A stretch of 63,195 nt of DNA, filler included, from Octopus bimaculoides (Eukaryota): the NCBI RefSeq assembly GCF_001194135.2. It is 3 parts of 3 records of this genome, joined end to end, with 100 filler letters (N's around TTAATTAATTAA, not from the genome) between each part and the next. Parts side by side here need not be neighbours in the genome. Positions count along the whole stretch, not along the records: positions 31,928 to 57,009 come from NC_068982.1; 2 more parts are not named here. One strand, given 5' to 3'. Numbering within the stretch: the stretch's first letter is position 1; the number at the start of each line of letters is the position of its first letter. The translations under genes and the position numbers were made by a program. Below, in pieces: positions 37,325 through 49,313 of the stretch. Under the pieces are notes generated by a model that saw only the letters and a program-made list of their open reading frames with translations, did no database searches and was not told where the DNA came from.

Positions 37325-37746
37325 GAGAATATACAAATAATAACAACAGACGAGGACAGGTGGTGTAAATAACAAAAATATATATTAGTATGACGCTCGG
37401 GAATACGGAAAGTCTTTGATGTTTTGAGCTACGCTCTTCAACAGAAAGAATACGGAGACAAGGAGAAAAACACGGAGAAAAAAAATTGAATAGTGTTCAG
37501 TCAACGGTCAAATATATATATATANNNNNNNNNNNNNNNNNNNNNNNNNNNNNNNNNNNNNNNNNNNNNNNNNNNNNNNNNNNNNNNNNNNNNNNNNNNN
37601 NNNNNNNNNNNNNNNNNNNNNNNNNNNNNNNNNNNNNNNNNNNNNNNNNNNNNNNNNNNNNNNNNNNNNNNNNNNNNNNNNNNNNNNNNNNNNNNNNNNN
37701 NNNNNNNNNNNNNNNNNNNNNNNNNNNNNNNNNNNNNNNNNNNNNN

Positions 37747-38137
37747 CCATGCCAGTGGCACATAAATAGCACCATTTGAGCGTGACTGTTACCAGCGTTG
37801 CTTTACTGGCACTTGTGCTGGTGGCACATGAAAAAACATTCGAGCAAGGTCGTTGCCAGTGCTGCTGGACTGGCTCCTGTGCAGATGGCACGTAAAAAAC
37901 ACCATTTTGAGCATGGCCATTGCCAGTACTTCATGACTGGCCCTCATGCCGGTAGCACGTAAAAGCACCCACTACACTCTTGGAGTGGTTGGTGTTAGGA
38001 AGGGCATCCAGCTGTAGAAACTCTGCCAAATCAGATGGGAGCCTGGTGTAGCCATCTGGTTTCACCAGTTCTCAGTCAAATTGTCCAACCCATGCTAGCA
38101 TGGAAAGCGGACATTAAATGATGATGATGATGATGAC
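37747..38137 (+). mobile_element. Family A RTE 3' end copy
   Basis: Several ~60-bp subrepeats, family A core, (GAT)n tail. Confidence 0.8.
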
Positions 38138-38587
38138 ATGTACATGTATCTATCTATCTATTCTATATATATATATATATATTATCCGAAATGTATAGCA
38201 TTAAATATCCATCATGGCTGGTCTTACCAACTGGTTTCGCATAAAGAATACAATGGAGTGTTAGGTAACAGACCGATTATATAATTTTATGTTCATCAGA
38301 GTTAACCAATATCGAAGGGAATATGGTGACTGCTCTCTATTGTCTAAAGTAAAGTTATATAATTGGTTTGTAACCTATCACTCCATTGTATTCTTTATGC
38401 AAAACTGATTGGTAAGACCAGCCATGATGGATATTTGATACCATACATTTCGGATAATATACCCACTCTACTGACAGAAATACGAATGCGTCTTTTCCTT
38501 GACTTATGGTCTCTGAGACAATTCCTGTATTTCTTTGCATTCCTCAAAAGCAGTCAACATTTTCCCAAATAACAATGCAATATTTAC

Positions 38588-38712
38588 TTAGCTATCTTGG
38601 CCACTTCATATCCATTGGTTATATGTTTCTGTCCAGCTGCCACTGTTATGGTCAAAAGTAATTGATCGTGCCCAGTTTTCTTTGAATCGTCAACAAAAGC
38701 TTCATTTAATTC
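38588..38712 (-). CDS. Chitinase exon: ELNEAFVDDSKKTGHDQLLLTITVAAGQKHITNGYEVAKIA
   Basis: EL..AF...LLLT..V and GYEV..I motifs; 125 nt, phase 0/2. Confidence 0.95.
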
Positions 38713-39287
38713 CTAACGAATCAATAAATAACAAATGTTAATAATACATTACAAACACATTTGGGTGTAAATTTATAAAATAATGAATAGAATATATATG
38801 AATAACAAAATACAAAGTTGCATAAAATACAATGTTAATCATCATCATCATTCTCATTGTGTTATCGTTCTCTTTTCTATGCTCACATGAGTCAGACAGA
38901 GTTTATTGAGGCAGATTTTTTTTTAATGGCTGGATGTTCTTCCTGTCACCAACCCTTACCTGTTTTCAAACAAAGGTAACGTTTCCCCATGACCAGACAT
39001 ATTTTCACAGAAGCTTGAAAAGGAACGACACTGCTTGTATGACAGTGACACCTACTTACAACAAGCATATGCTGTCAAGACAAGGACACAAATATGTACA
39101 CACTTAGATATACATACAAATACACACACACACACACATGCATACACATGCACACACACACACATACACATGCACACACACACACACACACACACGCACA
39201 CACACACATACATAAACTAGTAATAACAATAATCCTTGGATGGAATTTATAAACATTTAACGATTGCTACGCACATTTCTACAAATC

Positions 39288-39847
39288 ACATGTCTCATAA
39301 GATCATAGTCCATATTCCTGGATTGATTACAGTGTAGTCCATAGTACTGTTGGGCCTCAGGTTGATCATCTTAATGGATTCATTTCTTCAGATGATACAA
39401 CATTAATGGATGTTTAACTGATGGTGGTTTATCCTTTTTGACCTTCTTACTAGTCAAAAGGAATAAACATCTGTTAAACAGCCATTAATGTTATATCTAT
39501 TTCTTTATTGCTCACAGGGGGTTAAACAAAGAGGGGACAAACAAGGACAGACAAAGAGATTAAGTCGATTACATCGACCCCAGTACATAATTAGTACTTA
39601 TTTAATCGACCCTGAAAGGATGAAAGGCAAAGTCAACCTCAGCGGAATTTGAACTCAGAACATAACGGACGACAAAATACCGCTAAGCATTCTGCCCGGC
39701 ATGCTAACGTTTCTGCCAGCTCACCACCTTAATGTTATATCATCTGAAGAAATGAATCCTTAAAGATGATCAACACGATGCCAATCAATAATATGGACTA
39801 TATTGTAATCAACCCAGGAATACGGACTATGATCCTAAGAGACATGT
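39288..39847. mobile_element. Palindromic MITE interrupted by a family C SINE
   Basis: Arms 39288-~39408 and ~39729-39847 are reverse complements; inner hairpin 39410-39495. Confidence 0.8.
39498..39728 (-). mobile_element. Family C SINE with 13-bp target-site duplication
   Basis: ttaatgttatatc at 39485-39497 and 39729-39741. Confidence 0.9.
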
Positions 39848-40070
39848 GATTTGTGGAAACGTGCGTAGCAATGGCTTAAATATTTATAAATTCCATCCAA
39901 GGATTATTGGTATTATTCCTTTATTTATCCTACATTATATCGGTACAGCCCGATGCAATCCCGAGAAACTGGTTCACCAGTCAGCATCATTAGGCTGTGG
40001 CTGGCGTAATGGAATAGCAACTTTATTAGCATCTTCAAAACGTTTACCATAAACAAATTTAAAAGGTATA

Positions 40071-40605
40071 TCATCATCATCATCATCATCATCATCGTTT
40101 AACGTCCGTTTTCCATGCTGGCATGGATTGGATGGTTTGACTGGGGTCTGAGAACCCAGAAGGCTGCACCAGGCTCCAATCTGATCTTGCAATGTTTCTA
40201 TAGCTGGATGCCCTTCCTAATGCCAACCACTCCGAGAGTGTAGTGGGTGCTTTTTACATGCCACCAGCACAGGGGCCAGAGGAGCTGGCATCAACCACGG
40301 TTGGATGGTGATTTTTATGTGCCACCGGCACAAAAGCTAGTCAAAGCGGCACTGGCATTGGCCACTTTTGGATGGTGCTTTTTACATGCTATCAGCACAG
40401 GGCTCACAACTACAATTTCCATTTGATTTGATTTTGATATTGCTGTTGAAGTACTTGACTCAATAGGTCTCCTCAAGCATGGCATGTCACCCTACGATCC
40501 AAGGTACTTTTGTGTGGGCTGGTTATGCAACACTGGTGTAGGTTACAGCTGTAGACTCACTTTATTTGCCAGGTCTTCTCAGTCACAGCATACCTCCAGA
40601 GTTCT
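40071..40605 (-). mobile_element. RTE LINE 3' end including ORF terminus
   Basis: Minus translation ELWRYAVTEKTWQIK* followed by family A UTR and (GAT)n. Confidence 0.8.
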
Positions 40606-40699
40606 ACTCTTATCACTCCATTTCAGCCAATATTACCATTCAGTTTCACATTAGGCATTTGATAACTGTATATTAGATACCAGCATCATTGATTAACAT

Positions 40700-41138
40700 C
40701 TCATGGAGGCAAAGGAAGCTGAGTTCCTTTTAAGCACTGGGCCTGATGGAGGCAAAGTGGCTGAGTTCCTTTCGAGTGTTAGGCCTCATGGAGGCAATGA
40801 CCAATACCTTTGGCATTATGTTGTGCTTGAGAAGAAGACCTATCAAGCTGAGCAAAATCACAGTTGTGGCAGATACCGGTGTCACTCAAATTGGCACCCA
40901 TGCCAATGGCACATAAATGCACCCCAGTGTCAAACAAACGGCACCCATGCTGGTGGCACGTAAAAGCACCCATTACTCTCTGGGAGTGGTTGGCATTAGG
41001 AAGGGCATCCAGCCATAGAAAACCACGCCAAATAAGACTGGAGTCTAGTGCTGCCTTCCAGTGTGCCAGCCCAGTCAAACCATCCAACCCATGCCAGCAT
41101 GGACAACGGATGTTAAATGATGATGATGATGGTGATGG

Positions 41139-41188
<50 letters not shown>

Positions 41189-41195
41189 GTAGTGG
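40700..41195 (+). mobile_element. RTE LINE 3' end including ORF terminus
   Basis: DQYLWHYVVLEKKTYQAE, then family A UTR and long (GAT)n. Confidence 0.8.
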
Positions 41196-41784
41196 TGATG
41201 ATGATGTTCTTCAGAAATGGCAAGTATGGACATATATGGAGACTTCTACCTGACTGCTTTACTAGAAACAGTAGTTAAATATCCCTCAAATCACACCAAA
41301 CTATCCTGAGAAAAGAATGGCACATTAGATTATGAAAGTCCTACATGTACAAGATGTTTGAGAGAAAGATGGATTGGTCATGGGTGGCATGTCTTCGATC
41401 ATAAATCTTCTTGATTAGACTTGACTTGCACTAATTAACAATAACAACAACAAGTGATAATTGAAGATGAAGTGGTGGGGGGGGATGAAGTGGTGATGGT
41501 GGTGGGGATGAGGTGGTTATGGTGGGGGTGAAGTGGTGGGGGTGAAGTGGTGGTGGTGGTGGTGGTGGTGATGCCTCACTGGGAATGAAGGGATCAGATC
41601 TCAGCTCATTTGAACTGGTACATTGTAGAAGCCCTTTGTGGAGGGGGCAGAAGAGGAGGGGAGAGAGGAACGGGCAGGAAGGGAAGGAAGGAAGAGGATG
41701 AGGAGATGGAGAGGGGAAGGTTGGGAGGGATGGAAGAAACAGAGGATGGAGCTGGTGAGTGGGGAGAGAGAGGGAGAGGAAGGA

Positions 41785-42040
41785 GAGATATCAAGGGAGG
41801 AGGAGGAGGGAGAGATATCAAGGGAGAGATATCAAGGGAGAGATATCAAGGGAGAGATATCAAGGGAGAGATATCAAGGGAGGAGGAGGGAGAGATATTA
41901 AGGGAGGAGGAGGGAGAGATATCAAGGGAGGAGGAGGAGGGAGAGATATCAAGGGAGGAGGAGGGAGAGATATCAAGGGAGGAGGAGGGAGAGATATCAA
42001 GGGAAGAGGAGGAGGGAGAGATATCAAGGGAGGAGGAGGA
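41785..42040. repeat. Purine-rich minisatellite (gggagagatatcaa + (gga)n)
   Basis: 14-bp units and 24-27-bp variants. Confidence 0.95.
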
Positions 42041-42829
42041 AGCAGAGGGGTGGAAGGGCGGAAGAAGAAGAGGAGGAGTGACTTCTCACTGAACTATAAA
42101 CATGGAAACACTGAGCATTTGTTTTATGATTATAAAGACACAGAAAACAAACCCTTAGCTCTATAGATGAGCTTTTGTCATTGTTGTTGTTGTTGTTGTT
42201 GTTGTTGCTATTAACCTTCAACCCCAGGTCAACCATGATTGAGTAGAACCTCGATTATTACCATGGGTATTCCACTTGTGAGCCTCCCATCTTTTTCTTG
42301 AACAGAGCCCAGAAAACTCAGGACCACAATATCTAATATGTATTTAACCTTCTCTACAACCATAATATGGAATTTGAGGGTGATTTAACTGTTCTTTCAA
42401 GCATGTAAAAGTTGTATCACTGACTGTAAATGGCATGGATATAGGATACTGCAAGGTCTATATCCTTTTCATTGTTATTAGCAAAATTAAATGGAACAAT
42501 TATGATCTGACTGTCACAGCAATGTGAGTAGCTGTCACGTCACGGTCAGTGATTCCTGTTGTCTGTTAAGATTCTGCGAAGTGGATAAACACGACACAAA
42601 CACACAAACAAATACACAGTTAATGACTTCAATGACCTCACATCCTTGAATGGCCAGGTCATATTAAAGTTCTAATTTCCTTATATAAGAATAACCAGGC
42701 TTATGTGATAAGTCTGTGAGTATCAAAAAGCTGTTTCTAAATTAGGCACAAGGCCAGAAATTTAAAACACCAAGCAGCTGATTGTATCAACCTCAGTATA
42801 TGACTGGTATTTTGTTTTATCTGGTCAAT

Positions 42830-43170
42830 ACCAGGTCTGTCTGACTGGCTCCCATGGAGGTGGCACGCAAAAAGCACCAACCAAACGTGGCCAACGCCAG
42901 TACCCCCAGACTGGGTCCCGTGTTAGTGACATGTAAAAAGCACCATCTGAATATGGTTGATGCCAGGTCCACTGACTGGCTCCCGTGCTGGTGGCACATA
43001 AAAAGCATCAACCTATCATGGCCGATGCCATTACCCACTGACTGGCTCTTGTGCCGGTAGCACGTAAAAATCACCATCCGAACAAGGCTACTGTACCGAT
43101 AGTACATAAAAAGCACCCACTACAGTCTCAGAGTGGTTAGCATTAGGAAGGGCATCCAGCTGTAGATCAG
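42830..43170 (+). mobile_element. Family A RTE 3' UTR copy, tail missing
   Basis: About five subrepeats then aggaagggcatccagctgtag. Confidence 0.75.
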
Positions 43171-43562
43171 TTTGGAGCCTGGCACTGTGGTAGTGGTGGT
43201 GGTGGTGGTGGTGGTGGTGGTGGTGGNNNNNNNNNNNNNNNNNNNNNNNNNNNNNNNNNNNNNNNNNNNNNNNNNNNNNNNNNNNNNNNNNNNNNNNNNN
43301 NNNNNCAGCTGTAGATCAGTTTGGAGCCTGGCACTGTGGTAGTGGTGGTGGTGGTGGTGGTGGTGGTGGTGGTGGTGGCAGTGGTGGCGGCGGCGGCGGC
43401 AGCAGCAGCAGCAGCAGCAGTGGTGGAAGTGGGGGGTGATTTATATAAAGTGCGGATGAAGAGAAGAATATTAATGGATGAAAAATGGATAACAAATGAA
43501 ATGATTCCCAGTTGTAAGGAGTACCAAGGGATAAAATTTCAAGGGAAAGTTTTAATTAGAAA

Positions 43563-43943
43563 ATTACTATTTGTAAATCTCACAACGAGAGATATTCAGC
43601 CACAGTACTTTGGAGTAAAGATTGTTTGCCAACATAACATGGCAGTTTAGGACGAATGTTGCTGTAATTTAGCCCCCGGAGAAATCGTCTCTAGCTGGCT
43701 ATACAACACGATCAGTGTCCTTATATTTGCAAACAAGGGAATCTAGCACCCCCTCTCAGCACAAAACAAATCACAATATACAGATATTGTTATGAGCTGA
43801 GTGGGGCTGCTAGATTCCCTTGTTCAAAAATATAAGGACACAGATCATGTCGTATAACCAGCTGGAGACGATGTCCCCTAGGGCTAAATTACAGCAACAT
43901 TTGTCCTAAACCAGGACTGCCATGTTATGTTGGCAAACAATCT
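43563..43943. mobile_element. Fold-back / MITE with ~145-bp inverted arms
   Basis: 43619-~43760 is reverse complement of ~43794-43943; same family at 58046-58375 and 57110-57189. Confidence 0.9.
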
Positions 43944-44059
43944 CCAAGTTTTAATTAATTTTAAAAAATTATTAAACTAAGTATTTTATTTAATCATAGA
44001 ATTGGACAGTCTCAGACAGGCAGAATCAAAAGTGTTTTTGAAAATAATAAATTACTTAC

Positions 44060-44312
44060 CTTTAGAAGCAAGGTAAACTTAAATTTATCTTCACTTCTGC
44101 CTCCTCTAAATCCTGGATATTCCCAATCCAGGTCTAATCCATCAAATCCATGTAGCTTTAAGAAACTGATTGTACTCTGTATAAACTCTTTCCGATTGAT
44201 TCTTGTGGAGACCATATCAGAAAACGGAAGACTCTCCAGGCTCCATCCACCAACAGAAAGTAAAATTTTCAGTTGGCTGTTTTGAAGTTTTAACTGCACA
44301 GTTTCCTTGTAG
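44060..44312 (-). CDS. Chitinase catalytic exon: YKETVQLK...LLSVGGW...[12 protein letters not shown]...FTLLLK
   Basis: Intact SxGG and DxxDxDxE; 253 nt, phase 2/0, TAG acceptor, GTAAGT donor. Confidence 0.98.
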
Positions 44313-44380
44313 CTAGAGAGAATAAATAATACATAATATATAGTGTATACATATATATATATCATCATCATCATCATCAT

Positions 44381-44780
44381 GGCTATGTGGTAAGTAGCTT
44401 GCTTATGAACCACATGGTTCCGGTTTCAGTCCCACTGCGTGGCACCTTAGACAAGTGTCTTCTACTATAGCCTCGGGCCGACCAAAGCCTTGTGAGTGGA
44501 TTTGGTAGACGGAAACTGAAAGAAGCCCGTTGTATATATGTATATGTATATATATATGTGTGTGTGTGTGTCTGTGTCTGTGTTTGTCCCCCCCAACATT
44601 GCTTGATAATCGATGCTGGTGTGTTTACGTCCCCGTAACTAAGTGGTTCGACAAAAGGAACTGATAGAATAAGTACTAGGCTTACAAAGAATAAGTCCTG
44701 GGGTCAATTTGCTCGACTAAAAAAGGCGGTGCTCCAGCATGGCCACTGTCAAATGACTGATACAAGTAAGAGTAAAAGAG
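44381..44780 (+). mobile_element. Family B tRNA-derived SINE, near full length
   Basis: A-box-like gtggtaag, B-box-like gtttcagtccc, central (TA)/(TG) tract, (agtaaa)n tail. Confidence 0.9.
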
Positions 44781-44789
44781 TAAAGAGAG

Positions 44790-44874
<85 letters not shown>

Positions 44875-45212
44875 ACAAAAGGTGATAAAACCTCCAAGAG
44901 AAGTACAGATAGAATTGTATGAGGGAAAAACATGGAATAAATCTGTGCATGTAAAATGGCGACTAAAAGGTTGAAAACGATAAAAATTAAATGATATCAA
45001 AATATGACGCAAACCAGGAAAAAGTCCATTCAGAGTCCATTTCTATGGCCATTTCAAAGGACATTGCCAAATTTCAATAATGCAGCAAACATTAAGGAAC
45101 CAAAGAGATAATGACCCTTTCATCAGGAAAATTATCTGCAAGGATGTTTCATATGCTGGTTGCCTGTCAGTTTTTGGTTCATTATATCCTTTTGAATTTA
45201 TATATATTTATA

Positions 45213-45244
<32 letters not shown>

Positions 45245-45407
45245 NNNNNNNNNNNNNNNNNNNNNNNNNNNNNNNNNNNNNNNNNNNNNNNNNNNNNNNN
45301 NNNNNNNNNNNNNNNNNNNNNNNNNNNNNNNNNNNNNNNNNNNNNNNNNNNNNNNNNNNNNNNNNNNNNNNNNNNNNNNNNNNNNNNNNNNNNNNNNNNN
45401 NNNNNNN

Positions 45408-45720
45408 AGAAAATCATTCGAGCGAGGTCGTTGCCAGTGCCGCTGGACTAACTCCTGTGCAGGTGGCACATAAAAAACACCATTTTGAGCATGACCGTCG
45501 CCAGTACCGCCTGACTGGCCCTTGTGCCGGTGGCACGTAAAAGCACCCACTACACTCTCAGAGTGGTTGGCATTAGGAAGGGCATCCAGCTGTAGAAACT
45601 CTGCCAGATCAGATTGGAGCCTCCTGCAGCCATCTGGTTCACCAGTCCTCAGTCAAATTGTCCAACCCATGCCAGCATGGAAAGCAGACATTAAACGATG
45701 ATGATAATAATGATGATATA
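45408..45720 (+). mobile_element. Family A RTE 3' end copy
   Basis: Family A core and (GAT)n. Confidence 0.8.
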
Positions 45721-45734
45721 CATGCACACACACA

Positions 45735-46140
45735 CACACACATATATACATTCTTTAATTCTTTTATTTGTTTCAGTCATTTGACTGCGGCCATGCTGGA
45801 GCACCACATTTAGTCGACCCCAGGATTTATTCTTTGTAAGCCTACTACTTATCCTACCAGTCACTTTCGCTGAACTGCTAAGTTACGGGGATGTAAACAC
45901 ACCAATATCAGTTGTCAAGCAATGGTGAGGGGACAAACACAGACACACAAACACACACACATACATACGCACACACACACACACACACATTCGACAGGCT
46001 TCTTTCAGTTTCCATCAACCAAATCCACTCTCAAGGCTTTGGTCGGCCCAAGGCTATAGTAAAAGTGGGACTGAACCCGGTACCATGTGGTTGGTAAGCA
46101 AGCTACTTACCACACAGCCCTGCCTGCACCTATACATTTT
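45735..46140 (-). mobile_element. Family B SINE
   Basis: Reverse complement of consensus. Confidence 0.85.
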
Positions 46141-46156
46141 ATATACATATTTTTAT

Positions 46157-46420
46157 ATATATCATCATCATCATTGTCGTTTAACGTCTGCTTTCCATGC
46201 TGTCATGGGTTGGACAGTTTGACTGAGGACTGGCGAGCCAGAAGGCTGCATCAGGCTCCAATCTAATCTGGCAAAGTTTTTACAGCTGGATGCCCTTCCT
46301 AATGCCAACAACTCAGAGAGTGTAGTGGGTGCTTTTACATACCACCGGCACGAGGGTCAGTCTAGTGGTACTGGAATCGACCATGCTCAAATGGTGCTTT
46401 TTACGTGCCACTTGCACGGA
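46157..46420 (-). mobile_element. Family A RTE 3' end copy
   Basis: (ATC)n then reverse family A core. Confidence 0.8.
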
Positions 46421-46771
46421 AACACATTCATATATAAACATATGTATACATAAAAATATGTATATACACATGCACATGTGTACATAGACACACATACACA
46501 CATGCACATACACACACACATGCACAGACACATGCACACACACACGCACTCACACACATATGCAAGCAAAATACGTAGGTGTTTCTGTGTGTTAAACACC
46601 CCTCAGAGCAAGATAGTAGCTGCCCTCGAAGAGAGACATTAATACATCTTTAATTCTCACCTAAAACACTGAAAACGCCATAAGGAAAGGCACAAGCATC
46701 CATCAAAACTCCCTCTTACCCTTCTCTAGAAAGCTTTTAACAAAAAATCAGTGAGAAAAAATGATACATAC

Positions 46772-46958
46772 CGTCCTATGCTATGGTCTCTAGGTACATC
46801 ATTCCAGTCAGCAAAATGAATTTGGTTCCCTGAGATTTTAGCAAATGCATAGTTGATGTGTGTACAAAGCGTGGCATCTACATTTTCTGGCATAAACTTC
46901 CCTGCCCCAGTTACATACTGAGACCAGCTTGTTATAAAGCACACTCGACGGTAGTTAC
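46772..46958 (-). CDS. Chitinase exon: (S)NYRRVCFITSWSQY...CTHINYAFA...DWNDVPRDHSIG
   Basis: GH18 beta-1/beta-2 (RVC...WSQY, CTHI.YAFA); 187 nt, phase 1/2. Confidence 0.97.
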
Positions 46959-47039
46959 CTAAAGGGTAGACAAGAGGGATACAAAAAGAAAAATAGCAAG
47001 TAAGCAGGAGATAAGTCTTTTATCTTTTATACTTCGTCT

Positions 47040-47330
47040 TTTGCTGGTGGCATGTTAGAAAATCATTCGAGCGAGGTCGTTGCCAGTGCCACTGGACTGG
47101 CTCCCATGCAGGTGGCACGTAAAAAACACCTTTTTGAGCATGGCCATTGCCAGTACTGTGTGACTGGCCCTCATGCCGGTGGCACATAAAACCACCCACT
47201 ACACTCTTGGAGTGGTTGGCATTAGGAAGGGCATCCAGCTGTAGAAACTCTGTCAGATCAGATTGGAGCCTGGTGCAGCCTTCTGGCTTGCCAGTCCTCA
47301 GTCAAATTGTCCAACCCATGCTAGCATATA
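47040..47330 (+). mobile_element. Family A RTE 3' end copy
   Basis: Family A core, tail truncated. Confidence 0.8.
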
Positions 47331-47336
47331 AATATA

Positions 47337-47500
47337 TACGACAGGCTTTTTTCAGTTTCCATCTACCAAATCCACTCACAAGGTTTTGGTTGGCCTGAAG
47401 CTATAGTAGAAGACACTTGCCCAAGGTGCCACGCAGTGGAACTGAACCCAGAACCATGTGGTTGGTAAGCAAGCGACTTACCACACAGCCACTCCTGCAC
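47337..47500 (-). mobile_element. Family B SINE 5' part
   Basis: Reverse complement of head region. Confidence 0.8.
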
Positions 47501-47697
47501 CTCAACGAAAACTTTGGAAAAAATAAATAAGTAAATGAGTGGAAATAAAACTGGTGAGTGTACTGAATAATAAGGCACTGAAAAAGAATGACTCTCCCCA
47601 GACACAATAAAATATGCTTCAACACACGAATTCAGATAAAGAATCTTGCAACCAAATACAAAAACAAAACAAAATATTTAAACATTTTTTTACACAA

Positions 47698-47995
47698 TCA
47701 TCATCATCATCATCATCATCGTTTAATGTCCGTTTTCCATGCTGGCATGGGCTGGACGATTTGACTGGGGACTGGCAAGCCAGGAGGCCACACTAGGCTC
47801 CAATCTTATCTAGCAATGTTTCTACAGCTGGTTGCTCTTCCTAATGTCAACTACTCCGAGAGTGTAGTGGGTACTTTTTACATGCCACCGGCACAGGAGC
47901 CAGTCAGGTGGCACTGGCATCGGTCATGTTCAGATGGTGCTTTTTATGTGCTACCGGCACGAGATCCAGTTAGGTGGCACTGGCATTAGCCACAA
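47698..47995 (-). mobile_element. Family A RTE 3' end copy
   Basis: (ATC)n then reverse family A core. Confidence 0.8.
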
Positions 47996-48465
47996 TTACA
48001 ATTTCCATTTTTGATAATGATTTGATTTTTGATTTTTGATTTTTGATAATAATATTTAATCACAAAAATATAATAAGGGTTTTTAGACATCAAATGGTTA
48101 TGAGGGTCTTCCCTCCTGAGTAAATAATTCCATTGGCAAAACATGGTTAAAACCCACTGATATAAATAGTCATCACTTTGGCAGATGTAACTGTGGAGAT
48201 GCTGCCAACACAAGAATTTCTACTGACATTATATTTCACTGCTCCCAAGTCTCCCTGTATGGGTCTTAGAATGTTCTCTGCTTATAAGCTTCGTCACAAA
48301 TCTGATTGGACAGATTTGTGGTGTTGTCATCACCCAATTAATAATGTCTGGAGTCTATGAGTGAGATGTGATCTCCTGCCCATCTAGGAGGAGACTAACT
48401 CCAAATATGAACTTTGATGATCCATCTAACCCTACCAGCATTGAAAAGCTGATGCAAAATGCGGC

Positions 48466-48522
<57 letters not shown>

Positions 48523-48641
48523 CAATGATGATGAAGATTATGATGGTGATCACAATGATGATAACAACAAAGACAATGATGACCATAATGATGATGATGA
48601 TGATGATGATGGTGGTGTTGGTGGTGAAATTTATAACTTAC

Positions 48642-48706
48642 TTATTTTAGCATTGGTCTCAAAATAAGCTGCAGCCAAAAGAAAAATAAATAAGAACATC
48701 TGCATT
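48642..48706 (-). CDS. Chitinase signal-peptide exon: MQMFLFIFLLAAAYFETNAKI
   Basis: CTAG acceptor, GTAAGT donor; hydrophobic core with TNA cleavage-like site; phase 1 joins the GH18 exon in frame. Confidence 0.85.
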
Positions 48707-48927
48707 CTAGAAAAATAAAATTAAAAAATTTATTTAGAATATTTAGAATATTGAAAATCTTGTTTTCTTCTGTTTTTTTAATCAGTTCACTTATGGAAAA
48801 TTGTATTTCAATGCAAAAAAATGCCAAGTTAATGATAATAATAATCTTTTCTTATTCTTTCACTCTCTCCTTGGGGTGTATATGCATGTATGTATATGTA
48901 TGTGCATGTGTGCAAATGTATGTATAA

Positions 48928-49155
48928 AAGGCAGCGAGCTGGCAGAAACGTTAGCATGCTGGGCAAAATGCTTAGCAGTATAACATCTGCCGTTACGTTC
49001 TGAGTTCAAATTCCACCGAGGTTGTCTTTGCCTTTCATCCTTTCGGAGGTCGATAAATAAAGTACCAGTTATGCATTGGGGTCGATGCAATCGACTTAAT
49101 CCCTTTGTCCTTGTTTGTCCCCTCTATGTTTAGCCCCTTGTGGGCAATAAAGAAA
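48928..49155 (+). mobile_element. Family C tRNA-derived SINE
   Basis: ggcagcgagctggcagaaacgttagc head, gagttcaaattcc B-box, aataaagaaat tail. Confidence 0.85.
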
Positions 49156-49266
49156 TAAAAAATGTATGTATANNNNNNNNNNNNNNNNNNNNNNNNNNNN
49201 NNNNNNNNNNNNNNNNNNNNNNNNNNNNNNNNNNNNNNNNNNNNNNNNNNNNNNNNNNNNNNNNNN

Positions 49267-49313
<47 letters not shown>

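Noticed and set aside
41606-42166. Repetitive Glu/Gly/Arg-rich ORFs
   Set aside because: Translation of a minisatellite inside an intron; no splice signals
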